From Dehalococcoidia bacterium (lineage in GTDB: Bacteria > Chloroflexota > Dehalococcoidia > UBA2979), in contig OZ219871.1 in NCBI GenBank assembly GCA_964291495.2, forward strand, positions 1,440,001 through 1,504,000: a DNA stretch of 64,000 bases, read 5' to 3'. The notes under the pieces are model-generated. The model did no database searches and was not told the DNA's origin. It saw nothing but the letters and a program-made list of their open reading frames with translations. A program made the position numbers and the translations under genes. How positions within the stretch are numbered: position 1 is the stretch's first letter; every line of letters starts with the position of its first letter. Positions 29,167-38,368 of this stretch are shown here, piece after piece.

Positions 29167-30846
29167 CTAAGTGTACGCGTCGCCCGCGCCGGGCAGATCG
29201 GCGAGCGAGATGATCGGCGAGGCGTCCTGCGCCGTGAGCGCATCGATCAGGTACGGCCCCGGCGTGGACAGCGCCGTCTGCAGCGCCACCTCGAACGCCT
29301 CGAGGTTGGTGACGCGCTCGCCCTGTCCGCCCATCGCGCGCGCGACGCCGGAGAAGTCGACGTCGGAGAAGAGCGAGCGCAGCGGCTGCTCGCGTCGCGC
29401 CTCGATGTGCGTGATCCAGGCGAGCGCGGCGTTGTTGAGCACGATGTAGGTGAGGTCCAACCCGAGCCGCGCGGCCGTCTCGAACTCGCTCAGGCAGTAG
29501 CCCCAGGCGCCGTCGCCGGTGAGCAGCACCATGCGCCGCTCGGGCGGCGTCGCCAGCCGCGCGCCGACCGCGCCGCCGCCGCCCCAGCCGATGCCGGCGA
29601 GGCCGCGCGGCGCGATGAAGGAGCGGGGCCGGCGCACGGGCACGAAGGCCGCGCCCCAGCCCGAGGAGAGCGAGGCGTCGCAGACCAGCACGTCGTCCTC
29701 GCGCAGCGCCTCGCCGAGCACGTCGGCGAGCAGGTGCGGCGGGATCGCGCCCGCCGGGTCGGGCTGCGCCGCCCCGCCCTCGCCCTCGAGGGAGTCGAGC
29801 CAGTTGGCGCGCGGTGCGCGGCCGGCGAGGGCTTGTGTGAGGGCGCTCGCGGTCTCGCGCGCGTCGGCGACGATGCCGACGGCGACGGGGCCGGTGCGCC
29901 CGAGCTCCTCGCCGTCCACGTCGGCGTGGATCACGGCCTGGCCGGGTCCGGGCAGCTGCCAGGAGTGCGTGGTAAGCGAGCCGAGCTTGCAGCCGAGCAC
30001 CAGCACCACGTCGGCCGCCCGGAGCGCGGCGTTGCCGCGCACCGTGCCGAACTGGCCCGCCGCTCCGGCGGCGAGCGCGCTCGTCTCGTCGATCGTGCCC
30101 TTGCCGCTGATCGAGGTGGTGACCGGGATCTGCTGCGCCTCGGCCAGCTCGCGCACGGCCAGCGAGGCGTCGCTGAAGGTCACCCCGCCGCCGGCGAGGA
30201 TCAGTGGCCGCTCCGCTCCGGCAATCAGCGCGGCGGCCTGCTCGACGGCGTCCGGCGGCGGCGCGCTGCGGTGGCGCGGGTAGGCGAAGTCCGCCGGGCT
30301 CCACTGCAGCGGCCCCGAGGGCGGATCGGCCGCGTCGGCGGAGAAGACGTCCTCGGGGATCTCAAGGACGACGGGGCCGGGCCGACCGCCGGTCGCGACG
30401 CGCAGCGCCTGCGCGAGCACGGGCTCGAGGCTGTCCGCCGTCTCGACGCGGCCGACCCACTTCGTGACCGGCGCGAGCAGCGCGGCCTGGTCGAGCGCCT
30501 GCGAGGCGGCGGCGCGGCGCCGCAGGTGCGCGCGGTCGCGCCGGATGTCGGCGACGATCGCGATCACGGGGATCGAGGAGCCGTGCGCCTCGGCAAGGCC
30601 CGAGACCAGGTTCGTCGCGCCCGGTCCGACCGTGGCGTCGCAGAAGCCGACGCTGCCGGAGAGGCGCGCGTGGGCGTCGGCGGCGCAGGCCGCGGCGCGC
30701 TCGTCACGCATCAGCACGTGCTGGAGTCCGGCGTCCTCGACGGCGGCGTAGAACGGCAGCGTCTGTCCGCCGGGCACGCCGAAGACCGCGCCGACTTCGC
30801 CGGCGGCGAGGATGCGCGCGAGGCGTGCGCCGACGGTCTCGCTCAC
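29167..30846 (-). CDS. Thiamine-diphosphate-dependent enzyme (acetolactate synthase-like)
   Basis: FGVPGG, RDERAA, GPGATN, RPGPV and GDG...NN TPP motif. Confidence 0.9.
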   Translation of the reverse strand: MSETVGARLARILAAGEVGAVFGVPGGQTLPFYAAVEDAGLQHVLMRDERAAACAADAHARLSGSVGFCDATVGPGATNLVSGLAEAHGSSIPVIAIVADIRRDRAHLRRRAAASQALDQAALLAPVTKWVGRVETADSLEPVLAQALRVATGGRPGPVVLEIPEDVFSADAADPPSGPLQWSPADFAYPRHRSAPPPDAVEQAAALIAGAERPLILAGGGVTFSDASLAVRELAEAQQIPVTTSISGKGTIDETSALAAGAAGQFGTVRGNAALRAADVVLVLGCKLGSLTTHSWQLPGPGQAVIHADVDGEELGRTGPVAVGIVADARETASALTQALAGRAPRANWLDSLEGEGGAAQPDPAGAIPPHLLADVLGEALREDDVLVCDASLSSGWGAAFVPVRRPRSFIAPRGLAGIGWGGGGAVGARLATPPERRMVLLTGDGAWGYCLSEFETAARLGLDLTYIVLNNAALAWITHIEARREQPLRSLFSDVDFSGVARAMGGQGERVTNLEAFEVALQTALSTPGPYLIDALTAQDASPIISLADLPGAGDAYT

Positions 30847-32081
30847 GCGCCGCCACCGTCCGCGCTCGCCGGGGCCTTCGACTCTTCGAAGCGCTCCGCA
30901 CGCGAGCGTAGCTCCTCGGGGAGCTCCTGCCCGGCGTCGGCGTAGGCGCGGCGTGCGGCGGCGCCGCCGCGGCTGAAGGCGTGCTCGAAGCTGCCCTCGA
31001 ACCAGTCGCGGCTCTGCAGCACGCGCGGCAGCTGGCCCTGGAAGTGCGGCATCACGTAGCGCGCGAGCAGCTCGTAGCTGCGGAACGTCGCCTGCGTGTC
31101 GGCCCACTCGTGCGCGAGGCAGAGGATGCCGCCGAGCCCGCCCGAGCGCTCCTGCACGCCCTCGATCTGCTCGATCACGTCGTCGGGCGTGCCGATCGCG
31201 AGCCCGCCCTCATCGATTGCCGCACTGACATCGAGACCGGTGGCGCCGAACGCCTCGCCGAAGGCCTTGCTCTGGTGCTCCTCCGCGAGGTCGCCGATGT
31301 AGGCGCGGCGGCTGTAGCCGTCCTCGACCTCGGCGATCGCCTGCTCGCGGGTGGTCGCGATGTGGATCGGCAGCACCACGCGCCAGGTTCCGCGATCGGT
31401 CGGTCGGCCCGCCGCCTCGGCAGCCTCCTCGACCCAGCCCCAGGTGCGGGTGAAGCCGTCGTGGCTGGCCCCGGCGACGGAGAGCAGGCCGATGCCGTAG
31501 CGGCCTGCCGCCGTTGCGCCCGAGGGCGTGAAGGTGGTGGTGACGGCCACCTCGAGGTGCGGCTTCGTGAAGTTGGGCATCTGCAGGCGCGCCTCGTTGA
31601 GCGTGAACCAGTCGGTCTCCATCGTGACCGGCTCGTCGCCGCGCAGCAGCGCGAGGATCGCCTCGATCGACTCGTACATCATGCGCCGCTGCTCGGTCGG
31701 GTCGATGCCCAGCATGTAGGCGTCCGAGGTGAGCGCGCCGGGGCCGACGCCGAGCATCGCGCGGCCGTGCGTGAGGTGGTCCAGCATCAGCATCCGGTCG
31801 GCGACCATCAGCGGGTGGTGGTAGGGGAGGCTCAGTACGCCGGTCCCGAGGCGGATGCGGCGCGTGCGCTCGGCGGCGGCGGCGATGAAGGCGACGGGGT
31901 CCGCGATCGTCTCCCGCGCGCCGCTGTGATGCTCGCCGATCCAGGCCTCGTCGAAGCCCAGCTCGTCGAGGTGCTCGATCAGCCGCAGGTTGCGCTGCAG
32001 ACCGAGCGTGAGGTTCTCGCCGACCCGGTGGAAGGGGGCGAGAAAGATGCCGAACTTCATGTGTTCCGGCCGGTACGCCAT
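30843..32081 (-). CDS. LLM-class flavin-dependent monooxygenase (LimB-like)
   Basis: FGIFLAPFH, AWIGEHHS, SLPYHHP, GPGALTSDA and SYELLARYVMP. Confidence 0.92.
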   Translation of the reverse strand: MAYRPEHMKFGIFLAPFHRVGENLTLGLQRNLRLIEHLDELGFDEAWIGEHHSGARETIADPVAFIAAAAERTRRIRLGTGVLSLPYHHPLMVADRMLMLDHLTHGRAMLGVGPGALTSDAYMLGIDPTEQRRMMYESIEAILALLRGDEPVTMETDWFTLNEARLQMPNFTKPHLEVAVTTTFTPSGATAAGRYGIGLLSVAGASHDGFTRTWGWVEEAAEAAGRPTDRGTWRVVLPIHIATTREQAIAEVEDGYSRRAYIGDLAEEHQSKAFGEAFGATGLDVSAAIDEGGLAIGTPDDVIEQIEGVQERSGGLGGILCLAHEWADTQATFRSYELLARYVMPHFQGQLPRVLQSRDWFEGSFEHAFSRGGAAARRAYADAGQELPEELRSRAERFEESKAPASADGGGA

Positions 32082-32200
32082 AGCCGCCCGCCTTCCGGTT
32101 CGTGCTCCGGCGCGCATCATAGCCTGCGCCGCCGCTACCATCGGCCCCGACGCAGGCCCGCCGCCCGGCGCGAGGGCGGGCGAGGGATGGAGGCGAGACG

Positions 32201-33109
32201 ATGCTGCAGCTTGGCGCGCACCTTCCGCAGAACGAGTTCGGCGACGACGTACCCGCCCTGCGCGACTACGTCGTCGGCGCCGAGGCGATCGGCTACGACT
32301 ACATGATCATGGGCGAGCACATCCTCAGTCACGACGCCTCCACGCAGGCGCCGCAGACGCGCGAGGAGCCCCGGCCCTACACCCCGGACTGGGTCTGGCA
32401 CGAGCCAATGGTGCTGTTCGGCTACCTCGCGGCCGTCACCGAGCGCATCAAGTTCATGCCGAGCGTGCTGGTGCTGCCGCTGCGCCAGGCCACGCTGCTC
32501 GCGAAGCAGGCCGCCGAGGTCGACGTGCTCTCCGGCGGCCGCCTGATCCTCGGCATCGGCGTCGGCTGGAGCGGGCTGGAGTTCGAGGCGATGAACGAGG
32601 ACTTCCGCACGCGCGGGCGCCGCGCCGAGGAGCAGATCGCGCTGATGCGGCGGCTCTGGACCGAGCCGCTCGTCGAGTTCGAGGGCCGCTTCCACCGCGT
32701 GGCGGGCGGCGGCCTCAACCCGCGCCCCGCCGCGTCGATCCCGATCTGGGCCGGCGGCATGAGCGAGCCCGTGCTCGACCGCATCGGCCGCGTCTGCGAC
32801 GGCTGGAGCATCCAGCGCACCTTCTACACCGAACTCTCGCCCGAGGACGCCGACGCGCACTTCGCGGAGCGGCTGGAGCAGGTGCACGCGGCCGCGCGAT
32901 CGGTCGATCGCGACCCCTCGGAGATCGATCTCGGCGCGGCGATCGACGTGGTCGGGAACACCGTCGAGCAGCAGGTCACGCTGGCGCGCCAGTGGGAGGC
33001 GCGCGGGGCGACGCACCTGGCGCTGCGCACCACGCGCGCGGGCCTGGCGGAGCTCGACCAGCACCTCGAGGCGTTGCGCGCCTTCCACGAGGCGTACCAC
33101 GCCGGATAG
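32201..33109 (+). CDS. LLM-class (probably F420-dependent) oxidoreductase
   Basis: HEPMVLFGYLAA, LAKQAAEVD and GIGVGW; paralogue of 28214-29095. Confidence 0.92.
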   Translation: MLQLGAHLPQNEFGDDVPALRDYVVGAEAIGYDYMIMGEHILSHDASTQAPQTREEPRPYTPDWVWHEPMVLFGYLAAVTERIKFMPSVLVLPLRQATLLAKQAAEVDVLSGGRLILGIGVGWSGLEFEAMNEDFRTRGRRAEEQIALMRRLWTEPLVEFEGRFHRVAGGGLNPRPAASIPIWAGGMSEPVLDRIGRVCDGWSIQRTFYTELSPEDADAHFAERLEQVHAAARSVDRDPSEIDLGAAIDVVGNTVEQQVTLARQWEARGATHLALRTTRAGLAELDQHLEALRAFHEAYHAG

Positions 33110-33117
33110 CCCCGGGT

Positions 33118-33282
33118 GAGACCGTTGCGAAACTCCCACAAGCCCGATCCGGCTCCCTCTCCCTGGGGAGAGGGCGGGGGTGAGGGGGGGCTCTCGCGCG
33201 CCTCCGAAAGCCGCGATGGCGCAACGCCATTCCTGAGGGCGGACCCTCCCTCACCCTAACCCTCTCCCTCGGAGGAGAGGGA
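33118..33282. repeat. REP doublet / MITE-like element with inverted CCCTCTCCC..GGAGAGGG hairpins
   Basis: 33155-33186 and 33248-33282 are oppositely oriented copies of the CCCTCACCC-N-CCCTCTCCC-N-GGGAGAGGG repeat. Confidence 0.85.
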
Positions 33283-33353
33283 ACCGGAAGGGATGCGCTC
33301 GTGAGGGGCATCAGGCTGGACTGAACCCGACGGGGCTGTGTGTACTGTGTTGC

Positions 33354-33581
33354 ATGCGACGCATAAGCGTATACGTGGATGAAGACGTCGACGAGGCACT
33401 GACTGCCGAGGCCTCGCGTCTGGGCACGTCTCGGTCGGCCCTGGTGCGCGACGCCGTGCGGAGCGCGCTCGCAGCGTACTTCGCGGACGCCGCCGACCCG
33501 CTCGAGGAGATCGTCGGCTCCGTTGTCGATGTCGACCCAGTGGACGACATCGATGCGATCGTCTACGGCCTCGGCGCGTGA
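33354..33581 (+). CDS. Ribbon-helix-helix (CopG/VapB-like) antitoxin, orphan
   Basis: RISVYVDEDVDEAL...G.SRSALVRDAV and acidic tail ending IDAIVYG. Confidence 0.8.
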   Translation: MRRISVYVDEDVDEALTAEASRLGTSRSALVRDAVRSALAAYFADAADPLEEIVGSVVDVDPVDDIDAIVYGLGA

Positions 33582-33666
33582 GGTTCGCGGCGGCCAGGCT
33601 GCGCCGAGCCGTCGCGCGTGTATCATCCGCGACCGGACGCGCGAAGCCCGAGGGACGGATAACGGC

Positions 33667-34440
33667 ATGCCCGTCGCCGAAGTCAACGGCATCGAGCTGT
33701 ACTACGAGGAGCAGGGCGAGGGCCCCGCGCTCGTCTTCCTGCACGGCGCGGCGGGCAACCACATCATCTGGTGGCAGCAACTGCCCGCCTTCCGCGACCG
33801 CTTCCGCTGCATCTCCATCGACCACCGCGGCTTCGGCCGCTCGACGGACCCCGCGGGCGAGAGCGCCGCGCGCTTCGTCGACGACCTCGAGGCGCTGCTC
33901 GACGTGCTCGGCATCGAGCGCACGGCGCTCGTCTCGCAGTCGATGGGCGGACGTACGGCGCTCGGCTTCGCCGTGCGTCACCCGCAGCGCGTGAGCGCGC
34001 TGGTGCTGGCCGACACCTCGGCCTCGGTCGACTGGCCCGAGTTCAACGAGGAGCTCGAACGGCAGCGCGCCGCGATCGGGCTCGCGAGCGGACCGCTCGT
34101 GGTGGCGGCGCTGGGCGAGAAGTTCCAGCAGCGCGACGTGGAGCGCGCCTTTCTCTACCGCCAGATCTCCGGCCTCAACCCGCCCGACGCCGCGGCGACC
34201 GCGCGGAGCGTGCCGCGCGGCCCGGCCACCCGCGCCGACCTCGACAGCTTCGGCGTGCCGACGCTGCTGATCGTCGGCACGGACGACCCGCTGACGCCGC
34301 CCGCCTCGATGCGCCGGCTGCACGAGGCGATCCCCGGCTCCGAGTACCGCGAGTTCGCGGACTGCGGCCACTCCGTCTACTTCGAGGAGCCCGGGGGCTT
34401 CAACGCCGCCGTCGCGGACTTCCTCGCACGGCATCCGTAG
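33667..34440 (+). CDS. Alpha/beta hydrolase
   Basis: VFLHG, DHRGFGRS, SQSMGG and GHSVYFE. Confidence 0.92.
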   Translation: MPVAEVNGIELYYEEQGEGPALVFLHGAAGNHIIWWQQLPAFRDRFRCISIDHRGFGRSTDPAGESAARFVDDLEALLDVLGIERTALVSQSMGGRTALGFAVRHPQRVSALVLADTSASVDWPEFNEELERQRAAIGLASGPLVVAALGEKFQQRDVERAFLYRQISGLNPPDAAATARSVPRGPATRADLDSFGVPTLLIVGTDDPLTPPASMRRLHEAIPGSEYREFADCGHSVYFEEPGGFNAAVADFLARHP

Positions 34441-34461
34441 GGGACGAGAGGGAGGACGCCC

Positions 34462-35304
34462 GTGGGCCTGCTCGACGGCAAGACCGTGCTCGTGACCGGC
34501 GCCAGCCGCGGCATCGGCCAGACGATCGCCGAGCACCTCGGCGCGGCGGGCGGCCGCATCGCCTGCGCCGCGCGCACGCTCAGCGAGGGCGATCACATGC
34601 TCGAGGGCTCCCTCCAGCGCACCGTCGGCAACATCCGGGAGGCGGGCGGCGAGGCGACGGCGCTGACGGCCAACCTCTCCGAGCCGGAGGAGTGCGCCGG
34701 CCTCGTCGAGCGCGCCGTCGAGGCGTACGGGCCGATCGACGTGCTGGTCAACAACGCCGTGCTGACCTACTTCACGCAGCTCGTGGACTACCCGCCGCAC
34801 CGCTGGATGCGCGCCTTCCAGGTCAACGTCCACGCGCCGTTCATGCTCTGCCAGGCCGTGCTGCCGTCGATGATCGAGCGAGGCGGCGGGGCGATCGTGA
34901 ACATCTCCTCCGGCTCGGCGATCGGGCCCGGGCGCGGGCCCTACCCCGGCCCGCCGCCGAAGGGCCGCGTCGAGTACGGCTCGACGAAGGCGGCGCTGGA
35001 GCGCTTCACGCAGGGCCTGGCCGAGGAGGTGACGCGCTTCGGCGTCGCCGTCTCCGCCGTCGCGCCCTCGCTGCCCGTCGCGACGCCCGGGACCGTGCTG
35101 CACAACGTGATCGCCGAGGGCGATCCGGACTCGGAGCCGGGCAGCCTGATGGCGGAGTGCGTCCTGCTGCTCGCGACCGAGCCCGTCGAGCGCGTCGCCG
35201 GGCGGGTCTGCTACAGCCAGCAGTTGCTCGCCGAGTACGGGCGGCTCGACAACCCTCGAGGACACATGATCGACGAGCCCGGCTCGGGCTACGCACAGAT
35301 CTAG
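34462..35304 (+). CDS. Short-chain dehydrogenase/reductase
   Basis: TGASRGIG, NNA, NISS and YGSTK. Confidence 0.93.
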   Translation: MGLLDGKTVLVTGASRGIGQTIAEHLGAAGGRIACAARTLSEGDHMLEGSLQRTVGNIREAGGEATALTANLSEPEECAGLVERAVEAYGPIDVLVNNAVLTYFTQLVDYPPHRWMRAFQVNVHAPFMLCQAVLPSMIERGGGAIVNISSGSAIGPGRGPYPGPPPKGRVEYGSTKAALERFTQGLAEEVTRFGVAVSAVAPSLPVATPGTVLHNVIAEGDPDSEPGSLMAECVLLLATEPVERVAGRVCYSQQLLAEYGRLDNPRGHMIDEPGSGYAQI

Positions 35305-35331
35305 CGGGTACGCCAGCGAAGGAGGCAGGCA

Positions 35332-36222
35332 ATGGACATCCAGCAGGACAACGGGCTCTCGGCGCTCTTCGTCTCGGCCGAGGAGGAGCGAGTCTGCACG
35401 GGCTTCGTCTTCACCGAGGGCCCGGTCTGGATCGCGAGCGACAACTGCCTCGTGTTCAGCGACATCCACTCCAACCGCACCCACCGCTGGCGGCCGGGCA
35501 ACGACACCGCCGAGGTCTTCCGCGAGCCGAGCAACCACGGCAACGGCAACACGCTCGACCTCGACGGCAACGTGCTCACCTGCGAGCACTTCGGCCGCCG
35601 CGTCGCGAAGACCGCCTACGGGGGCGGCACGGAGACGCTGGTCGACTCCTTCGAGGGCAAGGCGCTGCACAGCCCGAACGACGTCGTCGTGCACAGCTCC
35701 GGGGCGGTGTACTTCACGGACCCGGACTACGGCTACGCCCGCAACCCGGAGCCGGTCGTGCGCGAGCTGGACTTCCAGGGCGTCTACCGCGTTGCGCCGG
35801 ACGGCTCGGTCAGCCTCGTCGAGGACCAGATTGAGAAGCCGAACGGGCTCACCTTCTCGCCCGACGAGTCGCTGCTCTACATCGCCGACTCGAGCGCGCA
35901 GCGCAAGATCTGGCGCTACGAGGTCAACGCCGACGGCAGCCTCGGCGACCGCACGCTCTTCGCCGACATGGAGCGCGACGAGCGCACAGGCGTCCCGGAC
36001 GGGATGAAGGTGGACAAGGACGGGCGGCTCTGGAGCACGGGCGCCGGCGGTGTTTGGGTCCTCACCCCCGAGGGCGAGCTCCTCGGCGTCGTCGAAACCG
36101 CCGAGCACGCCGCCAACCTCGCCTTCGGCGGCCCGGACTGGTCGACGCTTTACCTGACGGCGAACACCTCGGTCTACCGCGTGGAGACTGCCGTCACGGG
36201 CATCGCCCCGCACTCGAGGTAG
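35332..36222 (+). CDS. SMP-30/gluconolactonase family protein
   Basis: FTEGPVW, SPND, FTDP, PNG and PDGMKVD. Confidence 0.93.
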   Translation: MDIQQDNGLSALFVSAEEERVCTGFVFTEGPVWIASDNCLVFSDIHSNRTHRWRPGNDTAEVFREPSNHGNGNTLDLDGNVLTCEHFGRRVAKTAYGGGTETLVDSFEGKALHSPNDVVVHSSGAVYFTDPDYGYARNPEPVVRELDFQGVYRVAPDGSVSLVEDQIEKPNGLTFSPDESLLYIADSSAQRKIWRYEVNADGSLGDRTLFADMERDERTGVPDGMKVDKDGRLWSTGAGGVWVLTPEGELLGVVETAEHAANLAFGGPDWSTLYLTANTSVYRVETAVTGIAPHSR

Positions 36223-36310
36223 CGGCCCTGGGGGCGCGCACTCTTTCGAGGCTGCGCGCGCCGCCGCTGGTCTCGCACTCCGGCGCCGCCGGAGTGGCGG
36301 GCTGCGCCCC

Positions 36311-36781
36311 CTCCCCCTCACCCCCGCCCTCTCCCTCCAGGGGAGAGGGGGCCGGATCGGTGCTGCGCGCCGGGTGGATTCCGGTCCCTTCCCGTCATTC
36401 CGGCGAAAGCCGGAATCCAGGCACGCCGGCGGTGCTGCCGCCTCGATAGGTTGTTGCGCCCTCGGAGCTTCGGCGTGCGCCTCCCTCACCCTCCGCCCTC
36501 TCCCGCGGGGAGAGGGGACCGGATCAGCCCTCGGGGGCCGGTGCACCCTCGGAAGTTCCGGGTGGGGGCGTGGGGGCGCAGCCCCCACATGAAGAAAAAC
36601 TCCGGGGTGGGTGGGCGGGTTCGAGCGGCGCGCAGCGCCCGCTCGTCCGGGATGGGGGTGTGGGGGGCGCAGCCCCCCACGGCAGACTCGGGCCTGGCGT
36701 CGGGGCGCTCGTCGGCTCTTGGAGCTTCGGCGCGCGCCTCCCCTCACCCTCCGCCCTCTCCCTCGGGGAGAGGGGACCGGA
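36311..36781. repeat. Mosaic cluster of three palindromic repeat families
   Basis: CCCTCACCC..CCCTCTCCC..GGGAGAGGG at 36315, 36483 and 36741; CGTCATTCCGGCGAAAGCCGGAATCC at 36393; GTGGGGGCGCAGCCCCCAC at 36570 and 36660. Confidence 0.9.
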
Positions 36782-38321
36782 AGTCGAGCCAGACGCGGGC
36801 GATCTGGAGGCCGAGGTCGCCGGTGGCGTCGTAGAGGCGGAGGTTGCGCAACCACGGCTGGTAGACCTCGAAACGCAGCGCGCCCACCTTCTCGACCCGG
36901 TAGGCCCGCTCCAGCACGCGGTCCCAGATGCGCCGCAGCAGCTCGCGGCGCGCCTCCGGGTCCAGCTCGCCCGACTGGCGCTCCGCCCAGCCGTCGATCT
37001 GCGGGTCGCTGATGCCCCAGCGGTTGAGCGCGCCCCCCGTCACCAGCGAGTCGTGGAAGTAGGCGTCGGTGGTGAAGCCGGCGGGCGCGTAGCCGTCGGC
37101 GGCTGCGCCGTAGTCGTTGCCGCTCCAGGCGCGGTTGAACTCTGCCATGTCCAGCTCGCGCAGCGTCATCGACACGCCGAGGGCGGCGAACTGCTCCGCG
37201 ATCCGCTCGTTGGCGCGGCGGTTCGTGACGTCGTGGTAGTTGCGATAGCGCAGCTCGAAGGCGAGCGGCAGCGCGTCGGCGGCCTCGAGCATGCGTTGCG
37301 CCTCCGCCGGGTCGTGGCGCAGCCACGGCCCAAGGGCATCGCCCTGCGGCTCCTCGTCGAAGGCGAAGATCCAGGGCGTGCTCGGCAGCACCTTCGCGAG
37401 GCCCTCGTGCAGCTCCTCGGCCAGCGCCTCGCGGTCGATCGCCAGCATCAGCGCCTGGCGCACGCGCTCGTCGGCGAAGCGCGCGTTCGCGAGGTCGAGC
37501 GCGATGCCCCACTGCGAGGCGAACGCCGGCACGAGGTGCAGCCGCGTCTCCGGCAGCTCCTCGAGCAGCGCCTGTGCCTCGCTCAGCCGCTCCAGCGGGT
37601 TGCTGACGTACCCGAACTCGCCGCTGCGGAAGCCCTCGAGGCGGCGCGCCGGGTCCGGCTCGATCACCACCTCGAGGCCGTCGAGGTGGGCGGGGCCCTC
37701 CCAGTAGTCCGGGTTGCGGCGCAGCCGCAGGAGCTCGCCGGGCGTCGCCTCCTCGAGGATCAGCGGGCCGCTGCCGGCGAGGCCGCGCATTGCCTCGAGC
37801 GCGCCGCTCTCGTGCAGCTCGCGCGGGTAGATGCAGAACGAGCGGCTGCCCAGTGGCAGGTCGAAGTCGGCCTGCGGGCGGCGCAGCGTGATCTGCAGCG
37901 TGTGCGCGTCGAACGCCTCGCAGCGCGCCATCGCCGCGAGGTAGCCGCGGTGCGCGCCCTCGCGCGCGTAGCGCTCGATCGCCCAGCGCGCGTCCTCGGC
38001 GAGCAGCGGGCGACCGTCCAGCGGCGGGACGTCCTGCCAGCGCGCCTCGTCCGTGAGGTGGAAGGTGTAGGTGAGCCCGTCCGGCGAGCGCTCCCAGGAG
38101 CGCGCCAACTCCGGCTCCAGCCGCCGCTCGAAGGGATCGAAGGCGGCCCCGCCCGCGAAGCGCAGCAGCCGGTTCGCGACGAGGTTGGGCAGCATCAGCG
38201 TGCCCGCGCTGGTCGAGAACGTCGGGTCGAACGAGACGAGGTCCTGGTGCCAGCCGATGCGCAGCACGCCGCCCTCGCGCGGCTCGCCCGGCGGCTCGTC
38301 GAGCACGTAGGGCAGCGGCAA
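36744..38321 (-). CDS. ABC transporter substrate-binding protein, family 5 (orphan; start uncertain)
   Basis: EPELARSWE.SPDGLTYTFHL, GSGP, RNPDYW and DERVRQAL..AIDRE. Confidence 0.88.
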   Translation of the reverse strand: MPLPYVLDEPPGEPREGGVLRIGWHQDLVSFDPTFSTSAGTLMLPNLVANRLLRFAGGAAFDPFERRLEPELARSWERSPDGLTYTFHLTDEARWQDVPPLDGRPLLAEDARWAIERYAREGAHRGYLAAMARCEAFDAHTLQITLRRPQADFDLPLGSRSFCIYPRELHESGALEAMRGLAGSGPLILEEATPGELLRLRRNPDYWEGPAHLDGLEVVIEPDPARRLEGFRSGEFGYVSNPLERLSEAQALLEELPETRLHLVPAFASQWGIALDLANARFADERVRQALMLAIDREALAEELHEGLAKVLPSTPWIFAFDEEPQGDALGPWLRHDPAEAQRMLEAADALPLAFELRYRNYHDVTNRRANERIAEQFAALGVSMTLRELDMAEFNRAWSGNDYGAAADGYAPAGFTTDAYFHDSLVTGGALNRWGISDPQIDGWAERQSGELDPEARRELLRRIWDRVLERAYRVEKVGALRFEVYQPWLRNLRLYDATGDLGLQIARVWLDFRSPLPEGEGGG

Positions 38322-38368
38322 GTCCGGGTCGTTGCGCCAGAGCGGCGCGGCCGCCGCAGGCTCGCCGG

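Noticed and set aside
36311-36781. Possible CRISPR array
   Set aside because: Repeats are of mixed families with irregular spacing, have dispersed copies elsewhere, and no cas genes are present
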